A stretch of 63,121 bases of DNA, filler included, from Octopus bimaculoides (lineage: Eukaryota): assembly GCF_001194135.2 (NCBI RefSeq). It is 3 parts of 3 records of this genome, joined end to end, with 100 filler letters (N's around TTAATTAATTAA, not from the genome) between each part and the next. Parts side by side here need not be neighbours in the genome. Positions count along the whole stretch, not along the records: positions 1 to 26,907 come from NC_069006.1; positions 27,008 to 52,531 come from NC_068997.1; 1 more part is not named here. The stretch is one strand, 5' to 3'. Numbering within the stretch: the stretch's first letter is position 1; each line of letters begins with the position of its first letter. Shown piece after piece: positions 25,343 to 35,649 of the stretch. The notes under the pieces are model-generated. The model did no database searches. It had not been told where the DNA came from and worked only from the letters and a program-made list of their open reading frames with translations. The translations under genes and the position numbers were made by a program.

Positions 25343-25453
25343 AAACACATTGTCACTTCTCTTCTTGTAAAAGCAAAATAAATATGTACTCTAAAGAAAT
25401 TGAGCAATTCCTCAGTTTAATATTAAATCAACACAAAAACAGTAATATATATG

Positions 25454-25484
<31 letters not shown>

Positions 25485-25657
25485 GCACGCACGCGTGTGT
25501 GTATGTATGCATGGACGTTGAATAATGGCGATACAAAACAGAGGAGTGCTCAATACACATTGTAGAGTGTGTGGTTTATAGAAGCTGAATATTCATTTTA
25601 AGAGTTGAGTTTCATGCCACCGCAATCTTCAGATGACAAATTTCTTTTCAATAACAA

Positions 25658-25689
<32 letters not shown>

Positions 25690-25756
25690 CACACACATAT
25701 ATGAGTATGTGTACATAAGTATATATGTAATTATGTGTACATAATTATATATATAT

Positions 25757-25803
<47 letters not shown>

Positions 25804-26121
25804 CACACACATATATACACATGCATAAATATATATACTTATACACGTTTGTAAGCAGATGTATATGTATATATGAAAAAATAATTACATATATATATAT
25901 ATACATATATGGATACATGTGTATACATATATATATATATATATGTATATACACCTTTATGCTTATATACATTTACATATGCGTGTATTTATAAGCGTGC
26001 TGTGTATACACACAGCACACACACATACGTACATATTGCTAGCAGTGTCTTGATTTTACAAATGAGAGAAAGAAAGAAATGTACTTGCTACATGAAAGAA
26101 TATAAACCCATTCACACCTAT

Positions 26122-26152
<31 letters not shown>

Positions 26153-26576
26153 ATGTATACACACATGCACATATATATATACATATATATATATGCCTGT
26201 ACTTCCATTGTTGAAACTGACAGTTTCAATGGTAAGTTACTGAAGCCTCTTCTCATCTAAGGTCCATGAGTTCTATTAGGGTTGAAATATGTCCGGATTT
26301 GTCACCATACTACCAAAGATTATGGCATTGCTCCTCATTGCATTCCCTTTTGAATTAAGATAATTTCCTTTTTTTTTTCTTTTAATTACTTTAAATTGCA
26401 GGTGGGTTCTTTGTTTCACCCTACTTGCTTGTCTCAATTCGGTTTAGTAATTTTGGTAACGATGTTTGTTTTAATTGTTTATTTGTTCTTTGTCCGTTGT
26501 GATTAGCTTGTTTAGTGCCTATATTATTTTTGAGTTCTGTGTTGTTCAAGTTAGCAAATTCAACTGAAAGATGCAT

Positions 26577-26614
<38 letters not shown>

Positions 26615-26624
26615 NNNNNNNNNN

Positions 26625-26665
<41 letters not shown>

Positions 26666-26773
26666 TACACACCTATATACTCACACACACACACACACAC
26701 ATATATATATACACACACACAAATATAATTATTTGTATATATGTGTGTGTGATTGTAGTCTATACATGAATAC

Positions 26774-26817
<44 letters not shown>

Positions 26818-26951
26818 GTATGTGTATGTAGATATATATATATATATATATGCATATACATGTGTATGTATGTATGTAGATATATATATATATATATATA
26901 TATATATNNNNNNNNNNNNNNNNNNNNNNNNNNNNNNNNNNNNNNNNNNNN

Positions 26952-26963
26952 TTAATTAATTAA
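26952..26963. other. TTAATTAATTAA six-frame-stop assembly linker inside an N-run (again at 52576-52587)
   Basis: An identical 12-mer sits within N gaps at both sites, so it is artificial. Confidence 0.9.
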
Positions 26964-27559
26964 NNNNNNNNNNNNNNNNNNNNNNNNNNNNNNNNNNNNN
27001 NNNNNNNAAATTGTGCGCCAAACAGAATCTATGACGATTAGGTAAGCACTTATCTTTAGCTGCTGCTCACTAAATCAAACTATAACTAAGAAACTTAACC
27101 ATCTGTACATATGTACTTTGGATGGGAAATGTCTTCAAGTTCTATTCAACAATCACATTCATATTGGTTTCATTACACAAAAATTAGGCAAGACATCTTT
27201 TTCCCCGGTAATCTAGAGGGAGAGCTAAAAAGAAAAAGACTAGGGCACACAGATACATTTCAAGTCGGTGAATAAATTAGGTTAAAGTGTTGATGAGTCA
27301 CACACCCCCACTACGACAAACGCATATATACATAAATAAAAATTGAAAAATAAAACTGAAAACGCTTGAATATAGCAACCATAGGTAATTATCACCTTCA
27401 AATAGGAGCTGTCATTGTGAAACCTTGCCTTCAGAAGTGAGTAACAGAAATCACCCAGCTGTTTATAAGAGAGATGAGGGACTCGCAACCAATTTGAGGT
27501 CGAAAAATTGACATCTGGAAGGAACTCCTCCGAAGAATAATCTGATGAAAATCAGAACC

Positions 27560-27900
27560 GAGAACTCAACCTAGTCAAACACCAATTAATATATTGACAT
27601 GGGAAGAGCATAAACAGGTTGTGACGGCGTTTACACAGCACTGCATAAACCAGAAAGAAACATCACTGGACAATGTTATAACATCTGGAGAGATGATGTC
27701 GGAGAAAACTTTCTAGAATATATAAACTCAGACAAATTACCAAACATACCCGGAGACATCATGCGTAACCATAGACTTACTCCCGTTGAAATAGAGGATG
27801 TCAAAATTACCGTTAACATTAACTTGAATAATGACAATGAAGAATATGTAGTAGAAATTAACAAAGCTAATTTGGAAGGGGATACAGTTAATAAACCACA
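27560..27900 (+). mobile_element. 5' ORF fragment of an R4/Dong-like LINE
   Basis: Translation ..EYINSDKLPNIPGDIMRNHRLTPVEIEDVK aligns with YIDAYKLSNVRRDIISNKRLTDAEISQIR encoded at ~31870-31950 (-). Confidence 0.6.
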
Positions 27901-28107
27901 TGTTATGAGGATAATAATAATGATAATGGAACATCTCCGCCACGTGACGAGTGGTATGTACTGTCGTTTCAAATACTGAGACGTGGGAAGTCGAGTCGTT
28001 GAAAAGTCAGCGAAGTCGGTCATAGATAGTTGTGTCTTTACTTGTCTAACTAACTATACTGCTATACTGGAGTGGATGTTACAACAGTCCGACGTTGGAT
28101 TACAACA
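27901..28107 (+). mobile_element. 5' LTR of a Gypsy-type retrotransposon
   Basis: TGTT...AACA termini. It is followed by PBS TGGCGACGAGG (28109-28119), complementary to the 3' end of tRNA-Ser(GCU). The left boundary is less certain. Confidence 0.7.
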
Positions 28108-28217
28108 GTGGCGACGAGGAATTAACAAACTCACGAGGGTTAAACAAACACACAAGGAATTACGAAACTCCAAAAGTTTTTGGGGCAAATTTTACAGTAT
28201 ACAAAAATCGTAAAATT

Positions 28218-29174
28218 ATGGAAGACTTGTTGGCCGGTTTGCTCGAGCTGCAAAAACAGCAATAACAACAACAACAATGACAACAACTGCAGGAACAACA
28301 TCAACAATTACTATTTTAACAAATGCTACAATCAGCGAATAGTAAGTCAATAAAGAGTGCAAAGATTGTGATGACGATATGAAAATGCGTCTAATCCTAA
28401 GAAAACTGGCAGCGGGAGAACATGAGCGTTACAGCAATTACGTACTCCCGAAAAAAGCCTTCTGATATAAACTTTAGAAATACAATAGACATGTTGTACG
28501 TAAAAATTTTTAGCAGGAAAGGCTCATTGTTCTAAACATACTGGAAATGTTTGAATCTAGAAAAGAACAACAAGGAGAAATACATCACATATGCTGGTGG
28601 AGTTAACAGAGAATGTAGAAAGTTCAAACTGGATGAGTTAACGCCAGACATGTTCAAATGCCTGATATTTACCCAGCGACTAACTGCAGAAAAAGATGCA
28701 GAAGTAAGAATAAGAATTCTCATTAAGCTGGAACAAAACCAAGCTGTAAACTTACAAGTGTCAGAAGCGTGTGAAAGAATAGTAAATCTAAGACACGACA
28801 CAGAAAAAACATAAAGATTGCGAGAAAAGTGAACAAGTTCGAAACAGGCGGAATAAAATTCAAGTGTATACTAAAATACAGTACAAACAAGATAAAAGTC
28901 AGGAAACAAATCCATGTTTTGCCTGTGGAGGTCTACACCTGAGAAAAAAGTGCAACACCTGTATTTAAGCCAAAAAGTAATGTACTGTTCGCGGCGCTAG
29001 AACAGGTAAATCAGGAACTTGAAGATGGACCACTCAGATTGGGCAGCACCTACGGTCTACGCAAACAAGAAAAATTATAAGTTATGAGTTTGAGCAGATT
29101 TTTCAACGGGTTTAAACGATTGCTTAAGCTCACATAACTACCCATTACCGAAACCTGAGGAAGTGTTCGCAAAA
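28218..29174 (+). pseudogene. Degenerate, internally deleted Gypsy gag plus start of RT
   Basis: Gag-like YAGGVNRECRKFKLDELTPDMFKCLIF and Zn-knuckle-like PCFACGGLHLRKKC (~28913). Then RT N-terminal DHSDWAAPTVY..ADFSTGLNDCL..YPLPKPEEVFAK. Stops and frameshifts are present. Confidence 0.8.
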
Positions 29175-29508
29175 ATGCTGCTTTTGGGTGGTGCATATTC
29201 TAAGAAGTTCGTATTTTTCTCGTCTTCCTGTCCAGGCGTTGGAGCTCTGTAAGATTCCAGTTAATGATGTTAAAACTTTACTGGACTACTGGAAGTGCTA
29301 GGGTGTTAATGGCTTCGATACGATTTTAGAGTTGAGTTCAGTTCAGTTTTTAGTATGAGTCTTATTCTCCTCTAATATTCTTTTCTTATTTTTGCCTTCA
29401 TAGTAGCATGTTGTATACCATCTCCGTTTATCCCCAGGTATTTGCAATATTCTTGTAGGTCAAGCTCCTTGATGGTAGTGTCGGTATCTAATTTAATGGA
29501 AGCTGTTT

Positions 29509-29880
29509 TATATTTAAGAGATGAGGAATTATGTACATTATTTACATTATTTACATTTGACGGATATTTGTCCTCATCTTGTTATTATTATTATTGTTGT
29601 TGTTTTTCAGGTCACTGCCTGGAAACGAACTCGGAATCTTGGGGTTNNNNNNNNNNNNNNNNNNNNNNNNNNNNNNNNNNNNNNNNNNNNNNNNNNNNNN
29701 NNNNNNNNNNNNNNNNNNNNNNNNNNNNNNNNNNNNNNNNNNNNNNNNNNNNNNNNNNNNNNNNNNNNNNNNNNNNNNNNNNNNNNNNNNNNNNNNNNNN
29801 NNNNNNNNNNNNNNNNNNNNNNNNNNNNNNNNNNNNNNNNNNNNNNNNNNNNNNNNNNNNNNNNNNNNNNNNNNNNNNNN

Positions 29881-29934
<54 letters not shown>

Positions 29935-30073
29935 TTGAAAAATGCCTTAGGAATGAGAACCCAGGTTCGAAATTTCCCCAAGATACCTGATGAAGGCTGG
30001 AGGGTATATCAGCCGAAACGTTGTGTTAACAACAAACAAGATGAGGACAAATATCCGTCAAATGTAAATAATG
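29509..30073. mobile_element. Non-autonomous, hammerhead-containing inverted-dimer element with a 16-bp TSD
   Basis: TSD TTAATGGAAGCTGTTT at 29493-29508 and 30074-30089. A perfect 40-bp inverted repeat joins 29544-29583 and 30035-30074. B-box-like GAGTTCGTTTCC lies at 29621-29632 (-). A 234-N gap is in the centre. Confidence 0.85.
29982..30027 (+). ncRNA. Minimal type-I hammerhead ribozyme (Penelope/retrozyme type)
   Basis: GATAC-CTGATGA-A-GGCTG-gagggtatat-CAGCC-GAAA-CG-TT-GTGTT. Stem I has 5 bp, stem II has 5 bp, stem III is palindromic ACGU, and the predicted cleavage is after GUU (30022). Confidence 0.75.
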
Positions 30074-33000
30074 TTAATGGAAGCTGTTTGCTTGAGCTTG
30101 CCTCTTACAAAAGTTGCTTTAGTACACTTATCAAGGCCAAAGTCCATCTCGGTGTTATTGCTGAATTCTTTAACAGTTGTTAGCAGACCTACTAGCTATT
30201 CGTCATTTCTAGCAAACAGCTTCAGATTGTCCATATAAAACGGATGGCTTATTGTCGAATTGTAAACTTTGAACCCATACCTGGTGTTCTTTAGTTTGAT
30301 TGAGAGCGAGGTTAGTGTCATGCAAAAGAGTAATGGGGAGAGGGAGTCACCTTGAAAGATGCCTCGTTTGATGTTACTTTGGCTCATCCCATTACTATGG
30401 TTTATAAGGAGACGTGTGTTCCACTTGGCCATGCTACTTTGTAAGAATTTGGAGATGACAGGAGAGATCTTATACATTTCAAGGGCCTTGAATATCTAAT
30501 TATGTGGGACACTATCAAATGCTTTCCTCTAGTCTATCCATGCCATACTTAGGTTTTTCTTTTTGCTCCTGCAATTCTCTACAATCATTTTATTTATGAG
30601 TAATTGATCTTTCCACTCATAAGAATTCCTTTTACAGCCTTTTTTGAGCTTGTAGAAGAATAGATCTCTGTTCAAGGAAAGTATATATTCTGTCAGTTAA
30701 TGAGGATGTGAGGATCTTGTAGGTGGTGTTGAGACATGTTATTGATCGGTAGTTCTTTTCGATTTTTGGGTCTTCAGTTTTTGGTAGAAGGTATGTTGTT
30801 CCTACAGTCAGCCAGGCAGGTATTTACTCTGGGTTCTGGATGACATCAGTCAGAGATGCAGCTAAATTTTGGTGTACTGCTCTCAGACAATTTAGCCAGA
30901 AGCTATGATTTCGGTTCAGTCTTGGAGTTTTCCATTTGTGAGACTTCCGAAGAACACATCTTAACTCTTCTATTCCTATTACCTTCCATTTCTACTCTTC
31001 AACCTCATCCAGTTTCACTTTCTCACGCTCTATCCAGTCAGCTATAGCATTATATTCTTTTTTGTTGCTCCATATCTTCTCCCAGAACTCTTCCATTTCC
31101 TCAGTCTTAGGTAGCTCCTTTACTTCTGTCTTACTTTTGCCAATTTCCCTATAAAATTTCTTTGAATCCGTCTTGAATATCTTGTGTTACCGATAAAATT
31201 TGATTCTTTTGTCATATCTTCTAAGTCGTTGGCCTTTCAATTCTGTTCGTTGTTTCAATTGTTCCTTGGTTGCAGGGAAGTTCATAAAATCTTTGATTTT
31301 ATATCTTTGCTTGATTTTTCTAGCTCGTTTCGTTAATATTTACTCCTCAACAAATTCATCGAGAACTGATACATCCACCCGCAGAGATTCGATATCTTTT
31401 TAAATTGCTAGTTTCCTCTTGGGAGGTCTATTGACATGGTTAGTCCTTTTCTGTGTTGTCCTGATACCTAGTTGAGCTGTTACAACTTTAGCAGTGGAAT
31501 AGATGAGGTTATTTAAGGTTGTTAGGTCATTTCCCTTATTACTTAAGATCTAAGAGCAACGTTATATATCAGGATTATATTATTGTTTTGTATGCTGTTC
31601 GAGAACTTTGCCAGTGATTTTCTATTGACGATGTCAGTAGACTCGGTCTCTATTATTCACCTCAAATTCTGTGTCATACCTATTCTGGTGTTCTTGAGGT
31701 AGGTCTACTTTCTTCTCTTTTTTTGCATGTCTGTTCTTCGTTATTTTTCTTCATCTTCCACGTTGGGATGCACTGCTCCTACAATGGGTTCTGCACATCT
31801 GTTACCTATTTAATCTGCATTATTCCTGTTTTCCTTTGCTCTACCATGAGATATCTGTGTCCTAATTTGGCTAATTTCAGCGTCAGTTAACCTTTTATTG
31901 CTAATAATGTCTCTACGTACATTACTTAGTTTATATGCATCTATATATCTTCATACTTCATTGCCTACTAAGTTTCTCCATGAAATGTAAGTTTGTACTA
32001 TGAGGTTATTGTCTGGATTTAGTTGGACAGAAAGCTTTCAACACATCTCTATAATCCCTTCTAGTCCATTTTATGCGTTTTGCTTTAGGTGATGTTTTTG
32101 GTGGCGTCACTACAGGCTTAGGGTTAGGGTTATCCTGGATCTGGTTACCTACTAGATCGTTTTTAGAGAGTTTGTTCCAGTATCAGAGTTTTCAACCCCA
32201 GTCTGGTTCCCCATCGAGTATGGCGGTCCTTGTTGTCCCAGGTGATGACCGAACCGGCGTGAGTTTTGGTTTGTCATTAAGACATTAACAGTGACAACAG
32301 GAGACAGGTCTGTTTGTTCAGAGTTGACTTTTTGACCTGACACCGCTTTCTTGTTCTTCGAATGGATATGTTAATCATATCGTAGGCTGATAGATCGAAA
32401 ATCGCCTCAATTTTGTTTGGTAGCTATGTTTCCCGGCATAACTGTTTAGTTATATTTTAAACTGAGTGACTAATTTGCTCCTTTTTATATTTGTTTGCGG
32501 GAAGTTGCTTTCTTTTTGTTTGTGTGTTGTACGGCGTCGCTTGTGACACGTGCTTTTTTATTTTATCTTCTGTGTGTATACGTGTGTGTCGTGTAGGCTT
32601 TATTTCTGTTGCTTATAAATCATTCAACTACTACCGTAGCTGAATAATATCAAGGCCGCAATATACTCACATGCAGCATCTTCTAAGCTTGTGGCTAATT
32701 AAGTTCTTAAAACAAATTGAAAATTATTAACAGTTTGGAAGAGGGCTGGTCCCTAGCTACTTTTTGGCATAACAAAATTGAGATTTGATCTAGTAGAAAA
32801 AAGTTTACATCAAACTTTGTAGCAACGTTACAGGAAAGTAAGTAATGCCACCAATCAAGTTTAGATCTAAATAACTTCTTTATTTTAAAAGCAAAATATA
32901 TTCATCTTAGCTTCAATGGTAGAAGAAAGCATGAAGAACTTTATAGTTTTGGTCCCATGCAACAAAAATTTGTATCAAAAAAGTTGTGCGGTGAAATATC

Positions 33001-33297
33001 ATGAAAAAATATAAGTAAGGCAAAAAATTGGATTTAAGTATAATTAACTTTTTTATTTTAAAAACAATGTATATTTTAATTAAGCTTAAATGATAGAGCG
33101 CGATTCGAGGAATTTTATGGTATCAATATCATGCAATGAAGTGTTAAAAGAAAAATGTTTTGAGTGCTTGTTTCTCAAATGTGAGGGTGATAATATAATT
33201 CTATACTTTTTTATGAATATAGTTCTATAAAGGGATGTTTAATATATGTCACTGGTGTCATTGAAGTAAGGAAAAATTATCAACGACACCACTAATA

Positions 33298-33802
33298 CCA
33301 TCAAAGTGGCAGTGGGGTACAATTATACGAAGCCCAATATACCCATCATTACTACCCGTCTGATAAAGGTACACCAGTCACATGCATTACAACCACATGT
33401 GCGCAACATGGTGATCTTATATGGGGCCCAGTATGAATTTTTTCAGGCTGAGTAGCCCATCCTGCTCAAAAGGTCCTTGAATAAGGTTTGTTTAAGGATG
33501 ATGAACAAAACATCCATGTTTCCAGAGGTGAATTATTCAAACCCAAAAGAATTCCTCTCAACACATGGCTATGATGCTCCCCCACTACTTCTGCTCGTGA
33601 TCTGAGATGTACATAAGATCATCCATTAAGGGACATGCTCAACTGGTTAAGGTCAATCAACTGACAAGCAAGTTTGTGGTATTGAACAGAATATTTGCTG
33701 TAGCCCGTTTTTTATACCAAGACAAAACAATGTACATGATATCACTTCCAATCAATTAAGATCAGAAGCCATGAGAGCCACTGCCTGGTATTGCATCCGG
33801 GC
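33298..33802 (-). mobile_element. Family-C element
   Basis: Colinear with 10287-10843 and shares the same ...CAGGGC-type end. Confidence 0.9.
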
Positions 33803-34464
33803 ATTTATTATTATTATTATTANNNNNNNNNNNNNNNNNNNNNNNNNNNNNNNNNNNNNNNNNNNNNNNNNNNNNNNNNNNNNNNNNNNNNNNNNNNNNN
33901 NNNNNNNNNNNNNNNNNNNNNNNNNNNNNNNNNNNNNNNNNNNNNNNNNNNNNNNNNNNNNNNNNNNNNNNNNNNNNNNNNNNNNNNNNNNNNNNNNNNN
34001 NNNNNNNNNNNNNNNNNNNNNNNNNNNNNNNNNNNNNNNNNNNNNNNNNNNNNNNNNNNNNNNNNNNNNNNNNNNNNNNNNNNNNNNNNNNNNNNNNNNN
34101 NNNNNNNNNNNNNNNNNNNNNNNNNNNNNNNNNNNNNNNNNNNNNNNNNNNNNNNNNNNNNNNNNNNNNNNNNNNNNNNNNNNNNNNNNNNNNNNNNNNN
34201 NNNNNNNNNNNNNNNNNNNNNNNNNNNNNNNNNNNNNNNNNNNNNNNNNNNNNNNNNNNNNNNNNNNNNNNNNNNNNNNNNNNNNNNNNNNNNNNNNNNN
34301 NNNNNNNNNNNNNNNNNNNNNNNNNNNNNNNNNNNNNNNNNNNNNNNNNNNNNNNNNNNNNNNNNNNNNNNNNNNNNNNNNNNNNNNNNNNNNNNNNNNN
34401 NNNNNNNNNNNNNNNNNNNNNNNNNNNNNNNNNNNNNNTCAGACCTTGTGCCTACAGTAGAAAG

Positions 34465-34835
34465 GAGGGGCTGTGTGATAAGTAACTTGCTTACCAACCA
34501 CATGGATCCGGGTTCAGTTCCACTGCGTGGCACCTTGGGTAAGTGTCTTCTACTATAGCATCGGGCCGACCAAACCCTTGAGTGGATTTGGTTGACGGAA
34601 ACTGAAAGAAGCCTGTCGTATATATATGTATATGTTTGTGTGTCTGTGTTTGTCCCCACCATCGCTTGACAACCGATGTTGGAGTGTTTACGTCCCCATA
34701 ATCTAGTGGTTCGGCAAAAGAGACCGATAGAATAAGTACTAGGGCTTATAAAAAATAAGTCCTGGGATTGATTTCTTCGACTAAAAGGCGGTGCTCCAGC
34801 ATGGCTGCAGTCAAATGAACGAAACAAATAAAAGA
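34465..34835 (+). mobile_element. Complete family-B tRNA-derived SINE
   Basis: Head TGTGTGATAAGTAACTTGCTTACCAACCACATGGATCCGGGTTCAGTTCC, core CCTTGGGTAAGTGTCTT, and tail ...GAAACAAATAAAAGAATAA. Confidence 0.9.
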
Positions 34836-34949
34836 ATAATAAGGATAATAATAATAATTATAATTATGATGATAATAATAATAATAATAATAATAATGAT
34901 AATAATATTAATAATAATAATAATAATAATAATGATAATTATTATTATT

Positions 34950-35474
34950 GAGTGAGAGAGCGCGCATGCTATCAAAGTGACTGGGATACAAATATACAAA
35001 GCCCAATATACCCATCATGACTATCCGACTGATAAGGGTACAACGATATGTATGTGACATGGTGATCTCATTTCAAGATAAACACTGCGTGATCTTTCAG
35101 GCAGAGCCCAGTTAGAATTTTCTTCAGGTCGAATAGCTCATTCCGCTCAAAAGGTCACCGAATAAGAGTTGTTTAAAGATGTTGAACGAAACACTAATGT
35201 TTCCAGAGGTGGATTATTCAACCCCCCCCACCAAAAAAAAATTCCTCTCAACGCATGACTATGATGCTTCCCCACTACTTCTGCTCATGATCAGAGATGA
35301 CATATCGTTAGCTATCATGGGACATGTTCGACTGTCTAAGGTCAAGCAACTGACAAGCATATCTGCGGTATTGAGTAGAATATTTGCTGTAACCTATCTT
35401 TTACACCAAGACAAAACATTTAATCAGTTAAGATCAGAAGCCACGCGAGCCACTGCCTGGTATTACATCAGGGC
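34950..35474 (-). mobile_element. Family-C element
   Basis: Same termini as the other copies. Flanked by (ATT)n. Confidence 0.9.
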
Positions 35475-35649
35475 GTTTATTATTGTTTGCCTTTCATCCT
35501 TTCGATAAATTAAGTACCAGTCTATGTGATTGACTTACCCCTCCCCAAAATTTCAGGCCTTGTGCTTCTTCTTCTTCTTCTTCTTCTTCTTCTTCTTCTT
35601 CTTCTTCTTCTTCTTCTTCTTCTTCTTCTTCTTCTTCTTCTTGCTGTTG

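Larger units (their letters stand above)
29176..32400 (-). mobile_element. R4/Dong-clade (RLE) non-LTR retrotransposon, degenerate, 3'-truncated, interrupted at 29509-30073
   Basis: RT motifs NYRSITCL, QKGC, WID*RKAFDSVPH, GIFQGDSLSP, YMDNLKL, FGLDKC, KYLGI and LDRKTRK are present. The frame continues GKLKQ|TASIKLD across the insertion. Confidence 0.9.

Noticed and set aside
27541-27560. CTGATGAAAATCAGAACC, and similar CTGATGA boxes at 40242 and 62307
   Set aside because: No GAAA-NN-UH follows a stem II, so these are treated as chance matches.
32700-33200. Possible non-autonomous DNA transposon fragment
   Set aside because: No TIR pair, TSD or coding motif could be established by eye.
14950-34560. 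Functional tRNA genes
   Set aside because: The tRNA-like segments are SINE heads followed by SINE bodies, without complete cloverleaves.
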